From NCBI GenBank assembly GCA_039586075.1, contig JBDHLC010000011.1, positions 20,517 to 84,516 on the forward strand: DNA of 64,000 bases. The letters run 5' to 3'. Made by a program: the position numbers and the translations under genes. Below, in pieces: positions 28,490 through 36,819 of this stretch; within the stretch, counting starts at the first letter, position 1, and every line of letters starts with the position of its first letter. The notes below the pieces were generated by a model. It did no database searches, had not been told where the DNA came from, and saw only the letters and a program-made list of their open reading frames with translations. This DNA comes from Gemmatimonadota bacterium. Its GTDB lineage: Bacteria; Gemmatimonadota; Gemmatimonadetes; Longimicrobiales; Gaopeijiaceae.

Positions 28490-29074
28490 TCAGGCCTGGA
28501 AGTAGGGATTCACTCCGGAGGCGTGGTCCGTGATGTCGTGTACCGCCGTGAGCTCGGGGATGGCCTGGCGGAGCATCCGCTCGACGCCCTGCCGGAGCGT
28601 CAGCCGGGACATGGCGCAGCCCTGGCAGCCCCCGCTCATCTCCAGGAAGATCTCCGTTTCCTGGACGTCCACCAGGTTGATGGCCCCACCGTGCGAAGCG
28701 ATGGCGGGATTCACCTGGCTTTCCAGGACCTCTCGTACCCGGTCCGCCAGGAGGCCGCTGGGCGCGGCGGGCTTCCGAGTCTGGGGCGTGGCCGACGGCC
28801 GCACCTCGAACCCGCTCTCGTTCACGCGCTGCACGAAGTCCACCGTGGCGTCACGGAGCAGGTCCACCGACTCCTCGGGGATGAGCACCGTGAACCCGTC
28901 CAGCTCGACCTCGGCCTCGGTGGACTCGCGCTCTTCCTCGCTCACCAGGGTGAGCTCGAACTGCGGAGCCATGGGGCTCCCGTGCGAGGAAATGCGAAGG
29001 TAGGCGAGCTCGCCGTCGCTCTGGTCGATGAAGGTCCGGACCATGTCCCGGGCCTGGTCGGTGAATGTCAGCAT
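28490..29074 (-). CDS. NfuA-type Fe-S cluster carrier (degenerate A-type domain + NifU C-terminal domain)
   Basis: ATG at 29074 of ORF 28490..29170. The N-terminus 'MLTFTDQARDMVRTFI' is HesB/IscA-like and lacks Cys. The C-terminal Nfu domain carries 'EMSGGCQGCAMS' (CxxC). Confidence 0.85.
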   Translation of the reverse strand: MLTFTDQARDMVRTFIDQSDGELAYLRISSHGSPMAPQFELTLVSEEERESTEAEVELDGFTVLIPEESVDLLRDATVDFVQRVNESGFEVRPSATPQTRKPAAPSGLLADRVREVLESQVNPAIASHGGAINLVDVQETEIFLEMSGGCQGCAMSRLTLRQGVERMLRQAIPELTAVHDITDHASGVNPYFQA

Positions 29075-29316
29075 GGCTGGCGGGGGTTGGCGTGCGAAAG
29101 GACTGATCCCGGTTACCCGTGGAGGGGGCGGGGGATCCGCCGACGGCACCTCCTGCGAGGAAGGAAGCACACCCGGACCTCGGATTCAAGGGAGCCGCGG
29201 GCCCTCCCTACCTCCTGGACCCGGTTGAGACGCCCCTTAAGGCTCTTTAGCTTTTGCCGTTCCCGTCGGGATGCCCTTCCTCCTTCACCGCACTCGGCCT
29301 TCGAGGGCCGTCGCTC

Positions 29317-30636
29317 ATGGCCACCAACGACCTCATGGACAAACTCGTGTCGCTCTGCAAGCGGCGCGGATACATCTTCCAGTCCTCCGAAATCTACGGG
29401 GGAACCGGGTCGGTCTGGGACTACGGGCCCCTGGGGGTCGAGCTCAAGCGGAACGTGAAGGACCTGTGGTGGAAGGCCATGGTCCACATGCGGGACGACG
29501 TCGAGGGGCTCGACGCCGCCATCCTCATGCACCCGCGCACCTGGGAGGCCTCCGGCCACGTGGAGGGCTTCACCGATCCGCTGGTGGAGTGCTCCAACTG
29601 CCACCGGCGCTTTCGGGCCGACCTTCCCGAGATCGAGGGCGGCCAGTGCCCCACCTGCGGGACGCGGGACGCCTTCGGCGATGCCCGGCAGTTCAACCTC
29701 ATGTTCAAGACGTTCATGGGGCCCGCCGAGGACAGCGCCAGCGTGGTCTATCTCCGGCCCGAGACGGCGCAGGGGATCTTCGTGAACTTCCAGAACGTCC
29801 AGACCACCTCGCGCCAGAAGGTCCCCTTCGGCATCGCGCAGATTGGAAAGGCGTTCCGGAACGAGATCACCCCCGGAAACTTCATCTTCCGGACCCGGGA
29901 GTTCGAGCAGGCGGAGATGCAGTTCTTCGTGAAGCCGGGCTCCGACGAGGAGTGGTTCGAGCATTGGAAGGCGGAGCGCATGGCCTTCCACCAGGGGCTG
30001 GGTATCGACGCGGAGAAGCTCCGCTTCCACCCGCACGGCGACGACGAGCTGGCCCACTACGCGAAGGCCGCCTTCGACATCGAGTACCAGTTCCCCTTCG
30101 GCTGGAAGGAGTTCGAGGGGATCCACAACCGCACCGACTTCGACCTGAGCCGCCACCAGGAGTACTCGGGCAAGCGCATGGAGTACATCGAGCCGGGCGG
30201 CGGCGACCGCTTCATCCCGTACGTGGTGGAGACCTCCATGGGCGTGGACCGGACCATGCTGGTGGTCCTGGCCGATGCCTATCGCGAAGAGGAGGTGGAG
30301 GGGGAGGAGCGGGTGGTCCTGGGACTCCACCCCAAGCTGGCCCCGGTGAAGGCCGCCGTATTCCCCCTGGTGAAGAAGGATGGCCTTCCAGAGATCGCCA
30401 CGGAGCTGAATCAGGCCCTCCGTCAGGCGGCCATCCCCTCGTTCTACGACGCCGCCGGCTCCATCGGCCGACGCTACCGCCGCCAGGACGAGGCGGGGAC
30501 CCCCTGGTGCATCACGGTGGACGGCGAGACCACGGAGAACCAGACCGTCACCATCCGGGACCGGGACACCCTGAAGCAGGAGCGGGTGGCGCTGGACCAG
30601 GTGGTGGGCTGGCTCCAGGAGCGGCTGTCGGGCTGA
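29317..30636 (+). CDS. glyQS: glycine--tRNA ligase (homodimeric class II type)
   Basis: ATG at 29317. '[41 protein letters not shown]', '[11 protein letters not shown]', '[10 protein letters not shown]', '[14 protein letters not shown]' and a C-terminal anticodon-binding domain are all present. Confidence 0.93.
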   Translation: MATNDLMDKLVSLCKRRGYIFQSSEIYGGTGSVWDYGPLGVELKRNVKDLWWKAMVHMRDDVEGLDAAILMHPRTWEASGHVEGFTDPLVECSNCHRRFRADLPEIEGGQCPTCGTRDAFGDARQFNLMFKTFMGPAEDSASVVYLRPETAQGIFVNFQNVQTTSRQKVPFGIAQIGKAFRNEITPGNFIFRTREFEQAEMQFFVKPGSDEEWFEHWKAERMAFHQGLGIDAEKLRFHPHGDDELAHYAKAAFDIEYQFPFGWKEFEGIHNRTDFDLSRHQEYSGKRMEYIEPGGGDRFIPYVVETSMGVDRTMLVVLADAYREEEVEGEERVVLGLHPKLAPVKAAVFPLVKKDGLPEIATELNQALRQAAIPSFYDAAGSIGRRYRRQDEAGTPWCITVDGETTENQTVTIRDRDTLKQERVALDQVVGWLQERLSG

Positions 30637-30668
30637 ACCCTCCGGGGCGAACGCCTGGAGAAGGCGCG

Positions 30669-30711
30669 AAAGAGGCCCCGGGCCGGTCTCGCCGACCCGG
30701 GACCTCTTTTT
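30669..30711. terminator. intrinsic terminator between convergent genes
   Basis: AAAGAGG-C-CCCGGG-(13 nt)-CCCGGG-A-CCTCTTTTT. An A-tract upstream and a T-tract downstream allow bidirectional function. Confidence 0.7.
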
Positions 30712-30737
30712 GAAGGCGGTGCGGCGGGTGGCGTCCC

Positions 30738-33179
30738 CTAGCGGCTTCCCACGCTCGCCGCGCTTTGAGGGGAGTAGCGAAGGATGACGCCGTTGGTGCC
30801 CACCGCGTAGACGTTCTCGTCGTCGGTCCCCCAGACGTCAAACAACACGTCGCCGACCCTGACCGCGGTGGCCGGGATGGTATGACGGGTCCACTGGCCG
30901 GGCTCGTCGACGTGACCCTCGTAGATCATGGGGCCCTCCCCCACCGCGAAGACCGTGCCTGTGGGGCTCACCCAGACGCCATGGAAATCTCCGTCCTGTC
31001 CGGCGATGGACTCGGGGTCCAACCACTGCCCCTGTTGCCGGTCGTAGCGGTAGACGGCCCCGGCGTCGCCCACGGCGTACACCACGTCGAACCCGTCCCC
31101 CGAGCCGATCCAGACGTCGTTCAGTGGTGAGATGGGAGCGTACGGAGGCGTCATGTCCTCCCACTCCTGGGTGGGGTCGCCCCCGCTGAAGCGATAGACG
31201 GCATTCCACGACTCGTGAAGCACGGCCCAGACATCGTTCGGACCGATGCCGTCCATGCCCGTGACGGCGCTCATGCCCGACCAGGAGATGGTGAACTTCT
31301 CCAGGTTCTGCGGATCTCCGGCATACCACTTGGCGTTGGGGAAGTCGGTGGAGACCCCGAGCCCGGCGAAGTAGACGTCGTCGAACCCGCTGCCCCACAC
31401 GGCTTCGAAGGTCTGCAGGTCGTCTTCGTCGATCTGCGACCAGCCCGCCTGGTTCACGGTCTGCGAGAACAGAATGGCTCCGGTCTCCTGGAAGAAGCCC
31501 GGGTCGGGCGGGATGTTGCCCGCTGCCCAGAGGGCCATCTGACCGCTGGCCTCATGAACCCAGAGATCGCGCAGGTCCACCTCGGTGAACCCGGTGCCGA
31601 TGGCCTGCCACTGGCAGGAGGCGGTCCCGACCGGAGTGAGCACGACGCCCTCGTCACCGGCGATGAACACCTGGTCGGTCGACAGACCAGTGACGGCGTG
31701 GAGGTCCATCGTGCGGGTCTCGGAGGAGCAGGCAGCCCAGGTCGGCGCACCGGGTGGCGGCTCCACCCCGGAGCCAATCCAGGTGACCTCGGGTTCGCAG
31801 GCGTTCTCCAGGGCGGTCCCTCCGGGTGCATCGAGGGTGGAGAGGCTTCGGACGCACTGAAACTGCCGTGCCTCATCCGGCGAGAACCGGGTCACGACCT
31901 GCTTCGATCCAGCAGCTCCAATCATGCCGGACCCGTCGTCGGGCGGGTCGAAGTCGAAGAACGCGCAGTCATTCGACCCCTCGTCGAAGGCGTAGTAGAA
32001 CTGGTTCGCGGCGATGGGAAGTGGATTCTGGTTACTGATGGTGAGAGTCGCCCAACGGTCGCCGCCCACGTCGACCTGGCCAAACTCGACAATCGCTGTT
32101 GGCGGATCGAGGGCGCAGATCGGTTCGGGGTCGGGGACGCCGGTGCCGCTCCACTCCACGAAGTCCGGACAGGGATTCTCGATCTCGGTCCCGCCCGGCT
32201 CGGTCAGTGTCGAGAGCCTTCTGCGGCAGGAGAACTCCCCGACGTCGTCGGGCGAGAATCGAACGGGAATCTGCTTCACGTCGGCGCCCGGGCCGATCAT
32301 TCCTGCGCTGTCCTCGGGGGCCAAGCCGAAGAATGAACAGCCGTCGGTGGGACTTGAGAACTCGAAGAAGAACCGATTCGCCGCCGCTTCGTCCGGGTTC
32401 TCGTTGCTGATGGCGAGCGAGTTCCAACCTTCATGGCCGACCGTGATTTCCCCGAGGTCGATCTTGGGGTATTCGAACGGAGGCGCCGGAGGCGGATCCA
32501 CCACGCACCGAGGGACAGCGACGTCGGCGGGCACGGCGTTACCCCGCAATCCGATCGTACACATATGAACGTACCGATCGACGAAGTAGCCCTCCCGTAT
32601 GACCTCCCATTCAGGCCAGATCGAGCACTCGTAATCACCCGCGTCGAGCGGATTGAAGGTGACCGTCACCACCACTTCCTCATCGGCGGCGAGATCGGTG
32701 GGGAATGGCCCGTCTACACTGAACGGCTCGTCTTCGCCGGAGCAGCCGGCGGAAGTGAAACCGTTGAGGCGAACCACCAAGTCCGAGTCGTAGCCACTCT
32801 TGTTGTCGCTTGCGTTTGATGCTTCGGCGACCCAAAACCCGTAGTTCCTGACCGCAAATGTCTCGTCGAAAGAGTCTCCCGCGCTGACTGATCCGAAGTC
32901 GATGTCATAAGGGCCGCAGTGGAACAGCCACATCGTCACTTCATAATCGGTGAGGTCGACACCGGCGATCCCAGTATCTCCCGAGCACGTGCATCCTTCG
33001 GTGACAGCCCCTGCGGACATGACCAGCAGAAGGACGAGCTTACGCAGAGGGAGCCGATGCGGGGTCGCCAGACCTGTGCGGGTCCGGTGGGCACCACAGT
33101 TCCTCTCGTCCCCGGAAAACGGGAGTCCCCAGAAGTTCCAGGCCCGACAGCCGTTCCTGCGACTCCAATAGCCGTCCAT
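30738..33179 (-). CDS. secreted Cys-rich protein: three Ig-like/PapD-like modules plus C-terminal beta-propeller-like repeats
   Basis: ORF 30738..33272. I placed the start at the ATG at 33179, but it is uncertain because the hydrophobic signal-like segment 'LRKLVLLLVMSAGAVTEGC' begins about 45 codons later. Two adjacent modules of about 115 aa are clearly homologous. The C-terminal half has repeated 'hhYAVG..G.hhRY'-type blades. Confidence 0.7.
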   Translation of the reverse strand: MDGYWSRRNGCRAWNFWGLPFSGDERNCGAHRTRTGLATPHRLPLRKLVLLLVMSAGAVTEGCTCSGDTGIAGVDLTDYEVTMWLFHCGPYDIDFGSVSAGDSFDETFAVRNYGFWVAEASNASDNKSGYDSDLVVRLNGFTSAGCSGEDEPFSVDGPFPTDLAADEEVVVTVTFNPLDAGDYECSIWPEWEVIREGYFVDRYVHMCTIGLRGNAVPADVAVPRCVVDPPPAPPFEYPKIDLGEITVGHEGWNSLAISNENPDEAAANRFFFEFSSPTDGCSFFGLAPEDSAGMIGPGADVKQIPVRFSPDDVGEFSCRRRLSTLTEPGGTEIENPCPDFVEWSGTGVPDPEPICALDPPTAIVEFGQVDVGGDRWATLTISNQNPLPIAANQFYYAFDEGSNDCAFFDFDPPDDGSGMIGAAGSKQVVTRFSPDEARQFQCVRSLSTLDAPGGTALENACEPEVTWIGSGVEPPPGAPTWAACSSETRTMDLHAVTGLSTDQVFIAGDEGVVLTPVGTASCQWQAIGTGFTEVDLRDLWVHEASGQMALWAAGNIPPDPGFFQETGAILFSQTVNQAGWSQIDEDDLQTFEAVWGSGFDDVYFAGLGVSTDFPNAKWYAGDPQNLEKFTISWSGMSAVTGMDGIGPNDVWAVLHESWNAVYRFSGGDPTQEWEDMTPPYAPISPLNDVWIGSGDGFDVVYAVGDAGAVYRYDRQQGQWLDPESIAGQDGDFHGVWVSPTGTVFAVGEGPMIYEGHVDEPGQWTRHTIPATAVRVGDVLFDVWGTDDENVYAVGTNGVILRYSPQSAASVGSR

Positions 33180-33670
33180 CCTGCCCTCCCTGCGCCGAAG
33201 CGCCTCGTGGCAACCAACCGCGGGAGGGACGGGCTCTGGGGCCTCTCCTGCCCGGAGAGTCCGGTGGACCACGCCACTCCGGAATATACCCCAATTCGAA
33301 AGGAGAGGGACCGTTGGGCGGCGCGTGCGAGTAAGCTATTGAGCAGGCGGCTGGGCGAAGTGCGACTCCAGCCCCCGATCCAGCGGGCGACTGCGAATGA
33401 CCCCAGCTTCAGCCCAGGCACGCCTTGGCGGCACCACGGGGGAGTCCCCGGACTCAAGATCCCATGGCCAGCAACGCGGGATCCGCATCTCCAAGAACCG
33501 CACCGCCCAACCGCCGAGCGTGTCCAGGAACGAGAGATTGGCGCATGTAAACATTTGTTTTACCTTGCGAGCGGCACGCCCCCGGGACGGCGGTCCGCAA
33601 CGGCTTTGGACCACCGTCGGGGGCAGCGACATCCCTCCTTCGCGAGAGCTCACAGCCACCCCCTGACGAC

Positions 33671-34432
33671 ATGGTTCGTTTCGCACCCCACCTGGTCGCC
33701 GCGCTCCTGTCCACCATCCTCGCCGCCCCCCTCACCGCCCAGGACCCGAAGCCCTGGCAGTTGGAGGGCGAGCTGGGAGCCTCTCTCTTCTTCGGTTCCT
33801 CGGATCAGGCGGCGGTGCTCTTCCGGTCCGGCTACACCCTGGAGAGCGAGCACCTGGAGTTCAACGCGGATGGCAGCTTCGACTACGGGGAGGCCCAGGA
33901 CGAAGGAGGGGTCTCCTTCGTCAACAAGCGCGCGTGGAGCCTGGGTACCGAGCTCGACTTCGAGGCGGGGGATTGGGCCCCCTTCGTGTTCGTGTCCGGA
34001 GAGGGAAGCCTGAAGCGGAAGATCGACCTGCGGGTCGAAGGAGGCGCCGGCACCCGGTACAACTTCGTCGACACGGAGCGAACCCGCTTCGACGTATCCG
34101 TGGCGGTCCTGGCGGAGCAGACTCGCCCTGGAGTGCACACCGAAGACGGGGGTCCGGAGACGCTGGCCCGCTGGTCGAACCGGCTGCGGTTCAGCCGAAA
34201 GCTCGGGGGCGACCGGGCCCAGCTCAACCTGGTCACCTTCTACAAGCCGGCCCTCGAAGACGTTTCCGGGGACTACACGCTGGACCTGGAGAGCGCCATC
34301 GACTTCGCCCTGAACGGGACCGTTTCGTTCAAGGTGTCCCTCGTGGACAAGTACGACGCCCTCGCCATGACCCGGGGCGCCACGTCCAACAACGACGGCC
34401 GCTTGTTCTTCTCCATTCTGGCCAGGAAGTAG
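33671..34432 (+). CDS. DUF481-family outer-membrane beta-barrel protein
   Basis: 253 aa with the signal peptide '[13 protein letters not shown]'. Alternating beta-strand patterns are present ('[13 protein letters not shown]', '[10 protein letters not shown]', '[10 protein letters not shown]'). Confidence 0.7.
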   Translation: MVRFAPHLVAALLSTILAAPLTAQDPKPWQLEGELGASLFFGSSDQAAVLFRSGYTLESEHLEFNADGSFDYGEAQDEGGVSFVNKRAWSLGTELDFEAGDWAPFVFVSGEGSLKRKIDLRVEGGAGTRYNFVDTERTRFDVSVAVLAEQTRPGVHTEDGGPETLARWSNRLRFSRKLGGDRAQLNLVTFYKPALEDVSGDYTLDLESAIDFALNGTVSFKVSLVDKYDALAMTRGATSNNDGRLFFSILARK

Positions 34433-34604
34433 GACGGTCCGCGGGCCGCGCTCCGCGGGCCCGCCGTCCGCCCCCCGGATCAGGCACTGCCGTCGCGTGG
34501 AGGCCATGAGCGCCTCCGGATCGTTTCGGCGCCTACCTCACTGGGTAGTGGAGGCGGAGTCCGCCTCATGCCAGACCACCATCGGAACCGGGGGAGGACC
34601 CGAC

Positions 34605-35606
34605 ATGGCTCACGAAATCCGCAGGAACGGACGCGGACGAATCTACGACGACATCACCCAGACGCTGGGCGACACCCCTCTGGTGCGGGCGCCGCGCCTT
34701 TCCGCGGCCCAGGGGGCGAAGGCGGACGTCCTGCTCAAGCTGGAGTTCTTCAACCCCATGGCCAGCGTGAAGGACCGCATCGCCGTGGCCATGATCGACG
34801 CCATGGAGCGCGACGGGCTCCTGGGGCCAGGGAGCACGGTGGTGGAACCGACCTCCGGCAACACGGGGATCGCTCTGGCCATGGCCTGCGCCGCCCGCGG
34901 CTATCGCTGCGTCCTCACCATGCCCGAGAGCATGTCCGTCGAGCGGCAGAAGATGCTCGCTCACCTGGGTGCCGAGGTGGTCCTGACGCCGAAGGAGGAG
35001 GGGATCAACGGGACCCTGCGGCGTGCCGAAGAGCTCCTGGAGGAGATCCCGGGCGCCGTGCGGCCCATGCAGTTCGAGCACCCGGCGAATCCCGAGATCC
35101 ACCGGGAGACCACGGCCCAGGAGATCTGGAACGACACGGACGGATCCGTGGACGTCCTGGTGACCGGCGTGGGGACCGGGGGCACCCTGACCGGTGTGGG
35201 TCAGTTCCTGAAGTCCCGGAAGCCGTCCGTGCGGGTCGTGGCGGTGGAGCCGGCGACGAGCCCGGTGTTGTCCGGTGGCGATCCGGGTCCCGGCAACATG
35301 ATCCAGGGGATCGGCGCCGGCTTCATTCCGGAGGTGCTGGACACCTCCTTCATGGACGAGGCGATCCCCGTGGACAACGACGACGCCTTCGAGATGGCCC
35401 GGCGCGCGGCGCGCACCGACGGCATTCCCGTGGGAATCTCCGGTGGAGCAGCGCTGGTGGCCGCCTACCAGGTGGCGCGGCGGCCGGAGATGGCCGGGAA
35501 GACCATCGTGGTGGTCATCCCGTCGTTCGCCGAGCGGTACCTGTCCACGCCCCTCTTCGATGGCGTGGAGGAGCGGATCCGGCAGCCGGCGGCGCAGACC
35601 GCCTAG
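34605..35606 (+). CDS. cysK: cysteine synthase A (O-acetylserine sulfhydrylase)
   Basis: ATG at 34605 after GGGGAGG. 'GDTPLVR', '[14 protein letters not shown]' (PLP Lys), '[12 protein letters not shown]' and '[10 protein letters not shown]' are present. The product is 333 aa. Confidence 0.88.
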   Translation: MAHEIRRNGRGRIYDDITQTLGDTPLVRAPRLSAAQGAKADVLLKLEFFNPMASVKDRIAVAMIDAMERDGLLGPGSTVVEPTSGNTGIALAMACAARGYRCVLTMPESMSVERQKMLAHLGAEVVLTPKEEGINGTLRRAEELLEEIPGAVRPMQFEHPANPEIHRETTAQEIWNDTDGSVDVLVTGVGTGGTLTGVGQFLKSRKPSVRVVAVEPATSPVLSGGDPGPGNMIQGIGAGFIPEVLDTSFMDEAIPVDNDDAFEMARRAARTDGIPVGISGGAALVAAYQVARRPEMAGKTIVVVIPSFAERYLSTPLFDGVEERIRQPAAQTA

Positions 35607-35637
35607 CCTTCCGTGGAGCGGGGTGGAGGCTCGAAGA

Positions 35638-35673
35638 AACGGGGGCGGCGACCCCATGGTCGCCGCCCCCGTT
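35638..35673. terminator. perfect 16-bp hairpin between convergent genes
   Basis: AACGGGGGCGGCGACC-ccat-GGTCGCCGCCCCCGTT, flanked by GAAGAA on the upstream side so that the minus-strand reading ends in TTCTTC. It lies between the cysK stop (35606) and the globin stop (35709). Confidence 0.65.
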
Positions 35674-35708
35674 CAAGCTTCCGGAGCGGATGCAGCCGGC
35701 TCGCACCC

Positions 35709-36119
35709 TCAGTGCGTCGCCCCCGAGCGCATGACGGAGGACATGAAGGTGTAGGCTTCCGCCCAGGCGTCCCGCTCTTCCTCGCTCAACCCTTCGGGGA
35801 GCGCATGATCCAGCGCCCAGAGGAAGGCTTCCCCCACCGCCATGTAATCCCGCGCCACCACCCCGTAGTCCTGATGGCGGCGGCCGGAGGCCTTGAGCAG
35901 CTCCACCAGCCTCTCCGGATCACCGACGTAGCGCACCATCTCCGACATCATCAGGAGGAACTTCTCGTTCTGCGAGTTCATCTCGGTGATGGCGAAGAGG
36001 TCGCGCAGTCGGGGCGCCAAGTGAAAGAGCCGGTCGTAGAAGGACTCGGCCAGGGCCGGGCCATGGTCCTGGACGCGGCCCCAACTGCCCTTGAGAAAGT
36101 GAATCTTTTCTGGTTCCAT
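35709..36119 (-). CDS. single-domain globin (sensor-globin-like)
   Basis: ATG at 36119 of ORF 35709..36221, 136 aa. The pattern is 'IHFLKGSWGRVQDHGPALAESFYDRLFHLAPRLRDLF...LKASGRRHQDYGVVARDYMAVGEAFLWAL', with the candidate proximal His in 'RRHQDYGV'. Confidence 0.75.
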   Translation of the reverse strand: MEPEKIHFLKGSWGRVQDHGPALAESFYDRLFHLAPRLRDLFAITEMNSQNEKFLLMMSEMVRYVGDPERLVELLKASGRRHQDYGVVARDYMAVGEAFLWALDHALPEGLSEEERDAWAEAYTFMSSVMRSGATH

Positions 36120-36255
36120 GCGTCGTTCGTCCTGAGTGTTGGAAGAATCTATCTCCAGAGGCGCCGGACGAGGAGCGGAACGCTCACGACTCAAGGGTGG
36201 CGCCCCGGGGCGCTTGGACATTCAATTCCTGTGGACCCTCATCTTCGGAGCGCAC

Positions 36256-36819
36256 GTGCCTGACCCCTCCAATGTTACGCGCCTGCTCGCGCTCATGGCC
36301 GATGGAGATCCCGACGCCATGGACCGGCTCCTTCCTTTGGTATACGAGGAGCTGCGCGACCTCGCCCGCCGGGAGATGCGGCGGGAGCGGGAGGGCCACA
36401 CCCTGGGAGCCACCGCCGTGGTCCACGAGGCCTACCTCCGATTGGCGGAGCTCGAGGAGATCTCCTGGCAGGGCCGCGCCCACTTCTTCGGAGCTGCGGC
36501 CATGGCCATGCGTCGCGTCCTCATCGGGTACGCCCGCTCGCGGAACGCGCAGAAGCGAGGATCGGGGGTGGTGCCCACCCCCATCGAGGACGTGGTGGTG
36601 GCTGCGAAGGAGCGACCGGGCGAGCTCCTGGCGCTTGACGAGGCTCTGACCCGGCTCGAGGAGCTCAATCCGCGCCAGGCCCGTGTGGTGGAGTGCCGGT
36701 TCTTTGCGGGAATGAACATCGACGAGACGGCAGAGGCATTGGGGATTTCCAACGCCACGGTCCGCCGCGACTGGGCGATGGCGAGGGCGTGGCTCAACCG
36801 GGAGCTGGCACCCGAATGA
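36256..36819 (+). CDS. ECF-type RNA polymerase sigma factor (TIGR02999-like)
   Basis: GTG at 36256 of ORF 36136..36819. 'NVTRLLALMADGDPDAMDRLLPLVYEELRDLARREM' is the typical N-terminus of this ECF group. The region 4 helix-turn-helix is 'MNIDETAEALGISNATVRRDW'. Confidence 0.85.
   Translation: MPDPSNVTRLLALMADGDPDAMDRLLPLVYEELRDLARREMRREREGHTLGATAVVHEAYLRLAELEEISWQGRAHFFGAAAMAMRRVLIGYARSRNAQKRGSGVVPTPIEDVVVAAKERPGELLALDEALTRLEELNPRQARVVECRFFAGMNIDETAEALGISNATVRRDWAMARAWLNRELAPE

Noticed and set aside
31820-32520. Duplicated segments of about 345 bp, considered as a DGR template/variable-repeat pair or recent DNA duplication
   Set aside because: The copies are diverged at both DNA and protein level across all positions, not adenine-specific. 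They are in-frame adjacent domains of one protein, and no reverse transcriptase is nearby.
33180-33272. Upstream ATG at 33272 as the start of the secreted protein
   Set aside because: The added 31 residues are Arg/Pro/Ala-rich with no RBS evidence. The start remains uncertain, and the annotated start at 33179 is itself provisional.
36177-36200. GGAAC at 36177 as an autoregulated ECF -35 element upstream of the sigma factor gene
   Set aside because: No CGT/GTC-type -10 element lies at the expected 16-17-nt spacing, so there is not enough support to call a promoter.
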